From an uncultured Chloroflexia bacterium (lineage in GTDB: Bacteria > Chloroflexota > Limnocylindria > QHBO01): DNA of 64,000 nt. Both the position numbers and the translations under genes were made by a program. The stretch lies in the NCBI GenBank assembly GCA_963759405.1, contig CAVWZA010000019.1, forward strand, positions 73,703-137,702, written 5' to 3'. The notes beneath the pieces are model-generated. The model ran no database searches, was not told where the DNA came from, and was given only the letters and a program-made list of their open reading frames with translations. Positions 41,253 to 51,443 of this stretch are shown in pieces. The first letter of the stretch is position 1. Every line of letters starts with the position of its first letter.

Positions 41253-41700
41253 ATGCCGACCGGGACCGGCCGTGGACGCAAGGCATCCGCCTCCGGTCTG
41301 CTCGCTCGACGGCTCGCCCTCCTCGCGCTGTTCGAGGAGGAGTTCCGCCCAGGGAGCGCGGAGGTCGGCGCTCGAACGGCTGGTCGCCGAGCGGGAGGTT
41401 CCCGACGACGTGCGCGACCATGCGGCACGGCTGGTCGAGGGAGTCTCGGAGCACCGCGACGCGCTGGATCGGCGCATCGCCGCAGAAGCACCGCTGATCC
41501 CGGTTCCCGAGCTCGGTCGAGTCGAGCGGACGATCCTCCGGAGCGCGATCTACGAGGTGCTATACTCCGCCGCGACCCCGAGCGGGGAGACGATGCGTGA
41601 TGCCGTATCCCTCGCCCGGATCTACGCCGGGGACGCCGCGCGACGCCTCGTCAATGGCGTGTTAGGAAGCGTTTCCAGATCATCGGGTGGAGGAGCCTGA
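41253..41700 (+). CDS. nusB: transcription antitermination factor NusB, +1 G insertion near 41366
   Basis: N-terminus [14 protein letters not shown] in frame 40863. The remainder ([17 protein letters not shown]...LVNGVLG) in ORF 41272..41700. Confidence 0.7.
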
Positions 41701-41704
41701 ATTC

Positions 41705-41947
41705 GTGACAGACGGGACCACGTACGAACGTCTCAAGAAGATCATCGTCGAGCAGCTCGGCGTCGACGAAGAAGAGGTTCAGCCACAGGCCTCGTTCGTC
41801 GAGGACCTCAATGCCGATTCACTCGACCTGGTCGAGCTCATCATGAGCCTCGAAGAGGAGTTCGGCATGGAGATCTCGGATGAGGATGCCGAGAAGATCC
41901 AGAAGGTTCAGGACGCCGTCGACTTCATCGAGGAGCACCAGCAGTAG
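41705..41947 (+). CDS. acpP: acyl carrier protein
   Basis: [47 protein letters not shown] with the DSL phosphopantetheine site. GTG 9 nt after GGAGGAG. Confidence 0.85.
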   Translation: MTDGTTYERLKKIIVEQLGVDEEEVQPQASFVEDLNADSLDLVELIMSLEEEFGMEISDEDAEKIQKVQDAVDFIEEHQQ

Positions 41948-41959
41948 CACGGTTCGCCC

Positions 41960-42691
41960 ATGGATGCTCCGGCCCTGGACGAGCTCAGCGCACGCCTCGG
42001 CATCGTCCTGCGTGAGCCTGAGCTCATCCGCCAGGCGTTCGTACACAGCTCCTTCTTCAACGAGAACCCGACGCTCGCCGCGGGCCATAACGAGCGGCTC
42101 GAGTTCTACGGTGACGCGGTCATCGGCGTTGCCGTCAGCCGCCTCCTGTTCGAACGCTATCCCGGCGAGGACGAGGGCTTTCTGACCGCGCGGCGCGCCG
42201 CCCTCGTCAACCGCGAGGCACTGGCCGCCATGGCACTCTCGATCGGCCTCGATCGATACCTGCTGCTTGGCCGCGGTGAGACCGACGCGGGCGGCGCGAC
42301 CCGCCCCTCGGTCCTGGCCGGCTGCTTCGAGGCGCTGGCCGGCGCGCTCTCGCTGAGCGAGGGCACCGAGCGCGCCGAGGCCGTCCTCGTTGGCCTCTTC
42401 GGGCCGCGCCTCGATGCCCTGGCGGCATTTCCCGGTCCACCCAAGTCCGCGAAGTCCCTGCTCCAGGAGTGGGCTCAGCGGCACCGTGGCGTGAAGCCGA
42501 GCTACCTGGTCGTCGGCACCACCGGCCCGCCACATGACCAGCGCTTCCGGGTCACGGTGCTGATCGAAGGTGCGGCGCTGGGCGTCGGCGCCGGCTCGAG
42601 CCGCCAGCGCGCCGAGGAGCAGGCCGCCCAGGCCGCGCTGCTCGCGCTCCCGGACGTGCCGGACGATCCCACGCAGCCGACGATCTCGTGA
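41960..42691 (+). CDS. rnc: ribonuclease III
   Basis: HSSF...NERLEFYGDAV catalytic signature plus C-terminal dsRBD. Confidence 0.9.
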   Translation: MDAPALDELSARLGIVLREPELIRQAFVHSSFFNENPTLAAGHNERLEFYGDAVIGVAVSRLLFERYPGEDEGFLTARRAALVNREALAAMALSIGLDRYLLLGRGETDAGGATRPSVLAGCFEALAGALSLSEGTERAEAVLVGLFGPRLDALAAFPGPPKSAKSLLQEWAQRHRGVKPSYLVVGTTGPPHDQRFRVTVLIEGAALGVGAGSSRQRAEEQAAQAALLALPDVPDDPTQPTIS

Positions 42692-45600
42692 GCCGTCTCA
42701 AGGAGCTCCGCCTCCACGGCTTCAAATCGTTCGCCGATCCGACCCGCTTCGTCTTCGAGCCGGGCGTGAACGCCGTCATCGGGCCGAACGGATCGGGCAA
42801 GAGCAACATGGCCGATGCGGTGCGGTGGGTGCTCGGCGAGCAGTCGAACCGATCGCTTCGGACCCGGCGTGCCGACGATGTCATCTTCGGCGGCTCCGAT
42901 CAGCGCAAGCCACTGGGCATGGCGGAGGCGAGCCTGACGCTCGACAACGCGGACGGCTGGCTGCCGATCGAGTTCTCCGAGGTCTCGATCGGGAGGCGTG
43001 CGTATCGGTCCGGGGAGGGCGAGTACCTGATCAACGGGGCTCGCGCCCGGCTGCGGGACGTGGTCGAGCTGCTGGGGGAGGGCCGGCTCGGCGCGAACGA
43101 GCTCGTCGTGGTGGGGCAGGGGACCGTCGATGCGGCCCTCTCGCTGCGGCCGGAGGAGCGACGCCAGCTGTTCGAAGAGGCCGCCGGCGTCAAGGGGCTG
43201 CAGGTGAAGCGCAACGAGGCGTCCGGCCGGTTGACCCGCTCGCTCGACAACCTGACGCGGGTGAGCGACCTGATCGGCGAGCTCAAGCCGCAGGTGCGGC
43301 GGCTGGCCATGCAGGCCGAGCATCAGCAGCAGCACGACACGCTCGGGGCACGTGCTCGTGCGCTGGTGATCACCTCCCATCGCCGTCGCGAGCACGCCGC
43401 CCGCGCCGAACTCGGAGATGCTCGCCGCCGGGCGGCCGCAGCCGAGGCGGCCCTGGCGGCGTACCGCGCGGAGCAGGAAGCTGGCCGCTCCGCCGTCACC
43501 GCCGCAGAAGCGCGGTATTGGGAGGCCGAGGAAGCGTCCCGCGCGACGGCAACGGCACGCCAGGAGGCCCGCGAGGAGCTCATCAGGCTGGATGGGCGCA
43601 TCGAAGCGATCGCCGCCAGGGAAGCCGAGCTCGTGGCGACGGTCGCGCGCGAGGAGCACGAGCTCGCTGCGGCCGAGACATCGCTTGCGTCCCTGGTCGA
43701 CGGGACCGCCGGCGACGCCGTGGAGCCGGCCATCGCGGCTGCTGCCGCGGCCGAGCAGGCCTGGCGGTCGGCCGTCGCCGAGCTCGCCGCCGCCGACGAT
43801 GAGCTGCTCGCCGCCGAGCAGGCAGTCTCCGAGCTCCGCGCGCGACACAGCGACCTCATCGCCTCGCAGGCTCGCGTCACCGAGGAGACGGCTCGGCACG
43901 AAGCCCGGCTCGAGCATACGGTCAACGAGCGGGAGACGGCCGAACGGGAGCTCGGCGAGCTGCGCGCCGCGGCGGCGCTGGCCGCGGAGACCCATGACAA
44001 GGCTTCGCGCGACGCGGCGGCCGCGTTGTCGACGCTCGAGGTCGCCGGAGGCGCTCGGGACAAGGCGCAGGAAGCGGCGGACGCGACGCGACGCGTCGTC
44101 ATCGAGCTCACCGAACGTCTTCAGGCGACGCGCGCCGAGCTTGCGGCGCTCGCGGAGCCGCACGACGCGGCCTCGCGCCTCGGCCGCCGCCTCTCCGCGG
44201 CCGGATGGCCGACGCTGCTGGACGCCCTCTCCGCCCCCGAGGAGTCGTGGCCGGCCATCGAGGCGGTCGTGGGTGGCGAGCTCGAGAGCGCCCTGCTGTG
44301 GGCCGACGATGACCCGACCGGGGAGATCGGTGACGCGCGCGGCGCCGCCCGCCTGCTCGCCCCCGACGCCGGGGGACAGGATGGCGGGCGTGCGCAGGCG
44401 CTGGCCGCGGTGGCGGGCGAGCGGACATTGGCGGACTGGGTCGCCATGCCGGCCGCACCGCGCGTCTTCGCGCGCACCGTGCTGGCGCCCGACCTGGATG
44501 CCCTGCTCGCCGGTTGGCGCGGGCTGCCCCCCGGCTGGGCGGCCGTCACCGCCACCGGCGACCTTGCAGACGCGCGCGGCGTCGTGATCCGCGGCCGCGG
44601 TGACCCGCCGGGCGGTGCCGCGGCCCGCGCGCATGCACGCCGCCGCGAGCTCGGGCAGGCGGTCACCGACATCGAGGCCCGGTTCGCCGAGGCACAGGGC
44701 GCCGCGCACACGACGGCCGAAGCTCTCCGCTCGTCACGGGCCGAGCACCTCGCCGCCCGAGAGGCCCACGACGAGCTGGAGCGCGCGGCGCGGGTCGCCC
44801 GCGAGTCCCGCGTTGCCGCCGACGCCGCCGTCGAGCGCGGAAAGGAGCGGCTCGACGCTCTCGACAGCGATCTCGTCTCCCTCCGAGCCGGCAGCCCGAC
44901 GACGGATTCCGCAGTCGACGGAGACGTCGAGCCGAATGCGCTGTCGGCTCGCCAGGCAGCCGCCGATCAGGCTCGCTCGCGGCGCGACGCCCTCGCCGTG
45001 CGGCGGGACGAGGCGCGCGATGCGTGGACGCGGACGCGTCGTGCCGCCGAGGAAGTCGAGACGCGGACCGCGGGCATGCGCAGTGGCCGGGCAGCGAATG
45101 AGGCGCGCGTGGCCCAGCTGCGAGCCTCCATTCCGGAACGCCGCACGGGGATCGCGGCCATCGCCGCGGAGCGTGCCGCCATCGCCGGCCAACACGAGGC
45201 GGCAACGGCCGGCCGCGCATCCGCCGAGGCCGCACACCTCCGGGCTGAGGAGGCTCGAGCCGAGCGACGGGCAGAGCTGATGACGCTGGAACGGGAGCAG
45301 GGCGGGGCGGGCACGCGGCTCGGCGAGCTCGAGCGTGCCTCACAGACGGCCGCCATCGAGGCCTCGCGCCGCGACGAATCGCTCGCCGGGCTGCTGCGGG
45401 AGCGCGAGATGGCCCTCGAAGGCCTGCCCGAGGCGGCGGGGGAGGCGGATGGACCGATCGAGGAGATCGAAGCGCTTGACGACGCGGCGCTCGAGACCGA
45501 GCTGCGTCGGGTGCGTCGCACGCTGTCCCAGATCGGCTCGGTCAACCCGTTTGCCGTGCAGGAGCATCGTGAATTGGCAGCACGACTCGACGAGATGACG

Positions 45601-46152
45601 TCCCAGGACGCCGACCTTCGCGCAGCGATCTCCTCGACCGAGGAGCTGATCGCGACGCTTGATGGTGAGATCTCGGCGCAGTTCGATGCCGCGTTCCGGG
45701 CGATCGGTGAGCGTTTCGACGAGTATTGCCAGCTGCTGTTCGCCGGCGGCTCCGGCTCACTCCAGATGGGGGACGAGGCCGACGGCGACGCGCCGGGTGG
45801 GATCGAGATCGTGGTGCGGCCCCCCGGCAAGCGGCTGCAGCGCCTGGCGATGCTGTCCGGCGGCGAGCGCGCGCTGACCGGCGTGGCGCTCCTCTTCGCG
45901 ATGCTGACCGTCAATCCGGTGCCGTTCTGCATCCTCGACGAGGTCGACGCGGCGCTGGACGAGGCCAACATCGGCCGCTTCGCCCAGGCACTGCGCAAGC
46001 TCTCCGAGTCGATCGACTTCGTCGTCATCACCCACAACCGCGCGACGATCGAGGTGGCGGACACCATCTACGGCGTGACCATGACCGATGCGGCCGTCAG
46101 CGGTGTGCTGTCCCTTCGCCTGGCCGACCTGCCCGCCGATGTGACCGCCTGA
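42688..46152 (+). CDS. smc: chromosome segregation protein SMC
   Basis: 1154 aa. Walker A GPNGSGKSN, long coiled coils, hinge, C-terminal LSGGE signature and Walker B ILDEVDAALD. Confidence 0.9.
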   Translation: MSRLKELRLHGFKSFADPTRFVFEPGVNAVIGPNGSGKSNMADAVRWVLGEQSNRSLRTRRADDVIFGGSDQRKPLGMAEASLTLDNADGWLPIEFSEVSIGRRAYRSGEGEYLINGARARLRDVVELLGEGRLGANELVVVGQGTVDAALSLRPEERRQLFEEAAGVKGLQVKRNEASGRLTRSLDNLTRVSDLIGELKPQVRRLAMQAEHQQQHDTLGARARALVITSHRRREHAARAELGDARRRAAAAEAALAAYRAEQEAGRSAVTAAEARYWEAEEASRATATARQEAREELIRLDGRIEAIAAREAELVATVAREEHELAAAETSLASLVDGTAGDAVEPAIAAAAAAEQAWRSAVAELAAADDELLAAEQAVSELRARHSDLIASQARVTEETARHEARLEHTVNERETAERELGELRAAAALAAETHDKASRDAAAALSTLEVAGGARDKAQEAADATRRVVIELTERLQATRAELAALAEPHDAASRLGRRLSAAGWPTLLDALSAPEESWPAIEAVVGGELESALLWADDDPTGEIGDARGAARLLAPDAGGQDGGRAQALAAVAGERTLADWVAMPAAPRVFARTVLAPDLDALLAGWRGLPPGWAAVTATGDLADARGVVIRGRGDPPGGAAARAHARRRELGQAVTDIEARFAEAQGAAHTTAEALRSSRAEHLAAREAHDELERAARVARESRVAADAAVERGKERLDALDSDLVSLRAGSPTTDSAVDGDVEPNALSARQAAADQARSRRDALAVRRDEARDAWTRTRRAAEEVETRTAGMRSGRAANEARVAQLRASIPERRTGIAAIAAERAAIAGQHEAATAGRASAEAAHLRAEEARAERRAELMTLEREQGGAGTRLGELERASQTAAIEASRRDESLAGLLREREMALEGLPEAAGEADGPIEEIEALDDAALETELRRVRRTLSQIGSVNPFAVQEHRELAARLDEMTSQDADLRAAISSTEELIATLDGEISAQFDAAFRAIGERFDEYCQLLFAGGSGSLQMGDEADGDAPGGIEIVVRPPGKRLQRLAMLSGGERALTGVALLFAMLTVNPVPFCILDEVDAALDEANIGRFAQALRKLSESIDFVVITHNRATIEVADTIYGVTMTDAAVSGVLSLRLADLPADVTA

Positions 46153-47132
46153 TGTTCAGGCGTCGTCGCGACGAACCCGCCGAACCGCCGCCGGCGCCGG
46201 AGCCGATGACGGTCGCGCGCCCCCGGCGTGAGCCGAGCGGCATGGGACTGCGTGCCCGCCCATCCGGCATCGGCGCCCGGCTGCGCTCCATCCTCGGAGC
46301 CGGCGTTGCCGCGACCGAGTCCACCTGGGACGAGGTCGAGGAGACCCTCATCGGGGCGGACGTGGGCGCCACGACCACCCTGGAGCTGGTCGACGCCGCC
46401 CGCGCGCGCTTCCAGGCCGAGGGCGGACGAACCGGCGAAGACGCTCGCAGGGCGCTCGCCACCGAGATCCGCGACCGGCTCGTCGCCGTCGCATCCGGGC
46501 AATTCGAGCTCGGCGATGCCCCGTCGGTGATCCTGTTCGTCGGCGTCAACGGCACCGGCAAGACGACCTCGATCGCCAAGCTCGCCGCCCGGCTCATCGG
46601 CGAGGGACACACGCTGGCCCTCGCCGCGGCGGACACCTTCCGCGCCGCCGCCGTCGAGCAGCTGCGCATCTGGGGCGAGCAGCTGGGGGTGCCGGTCATC
46701 GCACAGCGGGCCGGCGCGGATCCGGGAGCCGTCGCGTTCGACGCCGTCGTCGCCGCCGAGGCCCGGAATCTGGACGCGGTGTTGGTCGACACCGCCGGCC
46801 GCCTTCAGAACAAGCAGCAGCTGATGGACGAGCTGGCCAAGATCCGCAACGTCATCGCGCGACGCCTGCCCGGCCAGCCGCGGCATGTGCTGCTGGTCCT
46901 GGACGCGACCACCGGCCAGAACGGCCTGGCCCAGGCCGAGGTCTTCAGCCGCGAGGCGGGGGTGACCGGCATCATCCTGACGAAGCTGGACGGGACGGCC
47001 AAGGGTGGCGTCGCGCTGGCGGTGGCCGATCGGCTGGGAGTGCCGATCCTGTTCGCCGGCGTCGGCGAGGAGATCGATGCGCTGGCACCGTTCGATCCCG
47101 AAGCATTCGTCGAGTGGCTGTTCGCCGAATAG
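46152..47132 (+). CDS. ftsY: signal recognition particle receptor FtsY
   Basis: NG domain GVNGTGKTTSIAKLA, DTAGR, TKLDGTAKGG. ATG overlaps the smc stop (TGATG). Confidence 0.9.
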   Translation: MFRRRRDEPAEPPPAPEPMTVARPRREPSGMGLRARPSGIGARLRSILGAGVAATESTWDEVEETLIGADVGATTTLELVDAARARFQAEGGRTGEDARRALATEIRDRLVAVASGQFELGDAPSVILFVGVNGTGKTTSIAKLAARLIGEGHTLALAAADTFRAAAVEQLRIWGEQLGVPVIAQRAGADPGAVAFDAVVAAEARNLDAVLVDTAGRLQNKQQLMDELAKIRNVIARRLPGQPRHVLLVLDATTGQNGLAQAEVFSREAGVTGIILTKLDGTAKGGVALAVADRLGVPILFAGVGEEIDALAPFDPEAFVEWLFAE

Positions 47133-47221
47133 CCTTCGTTGCCGCGGGTGACGCCGCCCCGTAGAATGGGCAGCCGTTTGCCGGCACGTCGCGCCGGCTT
47201 TCATTCCGCAACGGTCCATTC

Positions 47222-48559
47222 ATGTTCGAATCTCTCTCTTCGCGCCTGCAGGGCATCACCGAGCGCCTCCGCGGCAAGGCCCGCATCACCGAGGCCGACC
47301 TCGACGTCGCCCTGCGCGAGATCCGCCTTGCGCTGCTCGAGGCGGACGTCAACTTCAAGGTCGTCAAGGACTTCGTGGCGCGCATCCGTGAGCGCGCCGC
47401 CGGCACCGACCTGCTGACGGGGCTGAACCCGGGGCAGCAGATCGTCAAGATCGTGCACGAGGAGCTCGTCGCCGTGCTCGGCGGGGAGCGCCACCACCTT
47501 CGCCTGGACGCGAAACCGTCCGTCCTCATGATGGTCGGGCTGCAGGGCTCAGGAAAGACGACCACGGCCGCCAAGCTGGCGGTTCGTCTGCGCAAGGATG
47601 GCCGCAAGCCGCTCCTGGTGGCCGCGGACGTCTACCGACCGGCAGCCGTCGACCAGCTCGTGCAGCTGGGCGACCAGATCGGCGTGGAGGTCCACACCCG
47701 GCCGGTGGGGACCCCGGCGCTCGAGATCGCGCGCTCGGGGCTCGAGGTCGCGCGCCAGCGCGGGGTCGACGTCATGATTCTCGACACCGCCGGCCGCCTG
47801 CACGTCGACGAGGCGATGATGGACGAGCTGGTCCGGATGGTCGGCAGCATCACCCCTTCCGAGACGCTCCTGGTCGTCGACGCGATGACGGGACAGGAGG
47901 CGGTCCGCGTGGCGGAGGCGTTCCACGCCAAGCTGCCGGTCACCGGCCTGGTCCTCACCAAGATGGACGGCGACGCCCGTGGCGGTGCGGCGCTCAGCAT
48001 TCGGGCCGCCACCGGACTGCCGGTCGCGTTCCTCGGGACCGGCGAGCGGACCGATGGGCTCGAGGCGTTCCATCCCGATCGGCTCGCCCAGCGCATCCTC
48101 GGCATGGGAGACATCCTCACCTTCGTCGAGCGAGTCCAGGAGAACGTCGACCAGGCGGAGGCCGAGAAGGCCGCCCAGCGGATGATGGAGAACCGCTTCA
48201 CGCTGGAGGACTTCCGCAGCCAGCTGAACCAGGTCAAGAAGATGGGGCCTATCGGACAGCTGCTCCAGATGGTGCCTGGCGCCGGCCAGATGGCAGGGGC
48301 CGCACAGGAGGCCGTCGACTCGGGCCAGATGAAGCGGATCGAGGCGATCATCGACTCGATGACGCCCGAGGAGCGACGCAAGCCCGACCTCATCAAGGCC
48401 AGCCGGCGGCGGCGCATCGCGCTCGGCAGCGGCACCTCGACGGCCGAGGTCAATCGGCTGCTCAAGCAGTTCGTCGAGATGCAGCGAATGATGAAGATGA
48501 TCAGCGGCGGCAAGATGCCGAAGCTGGGTGGCGGCCTCGGCGCCCTGCTCGGGCGCTGA
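47222..48559 (+). CDS. ffh: signal recognition particle protein Ffh
   Basis: GLQGSGKTTTAAKLA, DTAGRL, TKMDGDARGGAALS and a Met-rich M domain. Confidence 0.9.
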   Translation: MFESLSSRLQGITERLRGKARITEADLDVALREIRLALLEADVNFKVVKDFVARIRERAAGTDLLTGLNPGQQIVKIVHEELVAVLGGERHHLRLDAKPSVLMMVGLQGSGKTTTAAKLAVRLRKDGRKPLLVAADVYRPAAVDQLVQLGDQIGVEVHTRPVGTPALEIARSGLEVARQRGVDVMILDTAGRLHVDEAMMDELVRMVGSITPSETLLVVDAMTGQEAVRVAEAFHAKLPVTGLVLTKMDGDARGGAALSIRAATGLPVAFLGTGERTDGLEAFHPDRLAQRILGMGDILTFVERVQENVDQAEAEKAAQRMMENRFTLEDFRSQLNQVKKMGPIGQLLQMVPGAGQMAGAAQEAVDSGQMKRIEAIIDSMTPEERRKPDLIKASRRRRIALGSGTSTAEVNRLLKQFVEMQRMMKMISGGKMPKLGGGLGALLGR

Positions 48560-48563
48560 GCGA

Positions 48564-50135
48564 ATGCACCGAGTCGTCATCGCCCTCGTCGCTCTCATCG
48601 GCCTTGCCGGAGCTGCCTTCCTCGCCGGCTACTTTCTGCTCTTCGCAGCGTCGAGCGATCGCGCAGCCGAACTGGCGCCGGCGGACAGCGCCTTCTACGT
48701 CAACATCTACCTGCAGCCATCGACCGGCCAGCAGATGAACCTCGGCGGACTGATCGGTCGCTTTCCGGGATTCGCCGATGAGGCATCACTCGATGAGAAG
48801 GTTGACCAGGTCGTCGAGAACCTGCTCGGAGCCACCGGGCTGACGCTCGACTACAGCGAGCAGATCAAGCCATGGCTCGGCGACCAGATCGCGCTGGCCG
48901 GCTGGCCGACCGACGGGGATATCACCGCCCCCGAGGCAGTCGTCATCGTCGATGTCAAGGATCAGGCACTCGCCGAGGATGCGCTGGGCGAGCTGGCGAC
49001 GAGCGGCGGGCTCAGCTTCACGACGCAGACCTACCAGGACGTCGAGATCCAGGTGGCCGACAGCGGCGCCTATGCGTTCGTTGGCGACATGCTGGTGTTC
49101 GGCGAGACGAGCGCAGGCATCGAGGCCGTCGTTGACGTGCAGGAAGGCGGCGAGGCGCTGTCGGACCGCGAGGACTTCCGCACAACGATGGATGGGCTGC
49201 CGGCCGATCACCTCGCGAGCGCGTTCGTGGATCTGGCGGCCCTGGCTGAGACCACCGGTACGGCCGAGCAGCTCACGGCCTTCAGCACCGCCGGCGCCGC
49301 GCTCATTGCCGAGCCCGACGGCATGCGCCTGAGCGGCAGCGCCCCATTCGAGATCGAGGCCGCGGCAGAGTCTTCGGCTTCCGGCTTCGCCCTCGGCGGC
49401 GAGCCCTCGAGCCTCATCGACTGGATGCCGGACGACACGATCGCGGAGCTGGTCGTCTTCGGCCTCCGGCAGACGCTCGAGGACGCCGAAGCGGCGGCGG
49501 GATCCGTGCCGGAGGGCGAGGAAGTCACCTCCGCCCTCGACACGATCCGAGCGCTGGCGTCCTTCGGCTTTGGGATCGACATCGACGCCGACCTGCTGCC
49601 ACTTCTCGACCGCGAGGTGGGGATCGCCGTCAGCGGCATCGACGCCGGCCTGCCCCATGGCCAGATCCTGCTCCGCCCGGAGGATCCCGTGGCGGCCGCC
49701 GCCGCGCTGGCGCGGGTCGTCGATCGGCTCGTCGCGACCGGGACGGCCACTCAGCGAACGGAGGAGGGTGCGGGGACCGAGATCACCGTCCTCAGCATCC
49801 CGGAGGTTGGCGAGATCGCCTACGCGCTCGGCGACGGGATCATCATCATCGGGCTCGGCGTGGAAGACGTGTCGGCGGCGTTTCAGGCGCACGAGGATGG
49901 CCAGACGCTCGCGGTGAATGACCGATATGTGCAGACGTGGGAAGTGGCGGGGGAGCGCGCCGGTACCGAGGCGTTCGTCGACATCGATGCCGTCGTCGAG
50001 CTGTTGGGAACGGGCCTCGACCTGCCCGACGACGCGCGCGATATCCTTGCCCAGATCGGGAGCTTCGGCTTCACCGCCCCCTCCCACACCGATCGAATCG
50101 AATTCCACGCGGTGCTCACGGTCGACGAGCCGTAG
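48564..50135 (+). CDS. conserved hypothetical membrane-anchored protein (N-terminal TM helix, large extracytoplasmic domain; possibly DUF3352-like)
   Basis: 523 aa from the ATG MHRVVIALVALIGLAGAAFLAGYFLL. No catalytic motifs recognised. Confidence 0.5.
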   Translation: MHRVVIALVALIGLAGAAFLAGYFLLFAASSDRAAELAPADSAFYVNIYLQPSTGQQMNLGGLIGRFPGFADEASLDEKVDQVVENLLGATGLTLDYSEQIKPWLGDQIALAGWPTDGDITAPEAVVIVDVKDQALAEDALGELATSGGLSFTTQTYQDVEIQVADSGAYAFVGDMLVFGETSAGIEAVVDVQEGGEALSDREDFRTTMDGLPADHLASAFVDLAALAETTGTAEQLTAFSTAGAALIAEPDGMRLSGSAPFEIEAAAESSASGFALGGEPSSLIDWMPDDTIAELVVFGLRQTLEDAEAAAGSVPEGEEVTSALDTIRALASFGFGIDIDADLLPLLDREVGIAVSGIDAGLPHGQILLRPEDPVAAAAALARVVDRLVATGTATQRTEEGAGTEITVLSIPEVGEIAYALGDGIIIIGLGVEDVSAAFQAHEDGQTLAVNDRYVQTWEVAGERAGTEAFVDIDAVVELLGTGLDLPDDARDILAQIGSFGFTAPSHTDRIEFHAVLTVDEP

Positions 50136-50180
50136 CGCTGCATTGAACCAGTCACCAACCCACACAGAGGTATCCACCAC

Positions 50181-50714
50181 TTGGCAGTTCGCATTCGATT
50201 GACCCGCGTCGGCGCCACCAAGCGCCCGGCGTATCGGGTCATCGCCATCGACAAACGGCGCTCCCGCGACGGCCGCGCCCTCGAGATTCTCGGGTTCTAC
50301 GACCCACTCACCGAGCCCGCCACCGTCCACCTCGACACCGCGCGAATCAACGCCTGGATCGGCAAGGGGGCCTTGCCGTCGGACACCGTGGCCAAGCTGA
50401 TCCGCCAGGCCGAACGGGCCGCGCTCGAGCCGGCCGCGGCAGAGAAGCCGAAGCGGGCGACCCGCGCAACGAAGCCCAAGGCGTCGGCGAAGGCAAAGGC
50501 AAAGGCGGCGAAGGCCGCCGAGGCACCCGCAGCCGACGAGGCAGCGCCTGCGTCGGCGGCCGATGCGGCAGCGGAGACATCTGCAGCCCGCGGCCGACGA
50601 GGCTACCGAGGCACCCGCCGCCGAGGAGGTCGCCGAGACACCGGCGGCCGACGCAGACGAGACTCCTGAAGCAGCGGCCGACGAGGCTGCAGAGCCCGAG
50701 AAGGCAGACGCATG
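50181..50714 (+). CDS. rpsP: 30S ribosomal protein S16 with an Ala/Glu/Pro-rich C-terminal extension; probable +1 C insertion near 50587
   Basis: MAVRIRLTRVGATKRPAYRVIAIDKRRSRDGRALEILGFYDP is the S16 core. The extension reads more naturally in the +2 frame (…AADEATEAPAAEEVAETPAADADETPEAAADEAAEPEKADA*), ending at an ATGA overlap with khpA. Confidence 0.8.
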
Positions 50715-50951
50715 AAGGAGTTTCTCGAATACGTCGCAAAGGGGCTCGTCGACAAGCCCGATGCGGTGTTCGTCGAGGTCGACGAGGACGGCGACGAGAC
50801 GGTCCTGACGCTCGGCGTCGATCAGGAGGACATGGGTCGGGTCATCGGCCGCGATGGACGCATCGCCAACGCGATCCGCAGCCTGCTCAAGGTGATGGCC
50901 ACCAAGGACGGCCGACACGTCGAGCTCGAGATCGTTTCCGACGCCGACTGA
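50712..50951 (+). CDS. khpA: KH-domain RNA-binding protein (KhpA/YlqC-like)
   Basis: 79 aa: VIGRDGRIANAIRSLLKV is the KH GXXG-like core. Conserved position between rpsP and rimM. Confidence 0.7.
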   Translation: MKEFLEYVAKGLVDKPDAVFVEVDEDGDETVLTLGVDQEDMGRVIGRDGRIANAIRSLLKVMATKDGRHVELEIVSDAD

Positions 50952-51003
50952 CCGCCGCCTGGCGGTCGCCAGGATCCTTGGCCCCAAGGGCCTGGCCGGC
51001 GCC

Positions 51004-51441
51004 GTGCGGGTCGAGCTGCTGACCGACTGGCCCGAGCGAGTCGCGCCGGGCGCCGAGGTCTGGCTCGAGGGCGACGCCGAGCCGATCCGCATCGTGCGCG
51101 TCGAGTCCGGCGGACGCACGCCGGTCCTCCATCTCGACCGATTCACGACCCGCGAGGCGGCCGAGGCGCTCAACGACCGCTACCTCGAGGCCCCCGTCCG
51201 CCAGCTCCCCGACGAGACCTACTACTGGGACGACCTGGTCGGACTGCGGGTGGAAGAGCCGGACGGCGCCCCGGTCGGGGAGCTCGTCGAGATCTTCCGC
51301 GCCGGCGACAACGAGGTCTACCGGATCGTCGGGGAGCGTGGTGAACGGCTGGTGCCCGCGTTGCGCTCATCCGTCCTGCGGATCGACCTTGCGGCCGGCC
51401 TCATCGTCGTCGCCCCCGACGATGCCGAGGAGGTCCGCTGA
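51004..51441 (+). CDS. rimM: 16S rRNA processing protein RimM (N-terminus probably truncated by the start call)
   Basis: The PRC barrel and RimM core are present. The conserved N-terminal motif (…[27 protein letters not shown]) is open in frame upstream of the GTG at 51004 but lacks an ATG/GTG/TTG. Confidence 0.8.
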   Translation: MRVELLTDWPERVAPGAEVWLEGDAEPIRIVRVESGGRTPVLHLDRFTTREAAEALNDRYLEAPVRQLPDETYYWDDLVGLRVEEPDGAPVGELVEIFRAGDNEVYRIVGERGERLVPALRSSVLRIDLAAGLIVVAPDDAEEVR

Positions 51442-51443
51442 GC

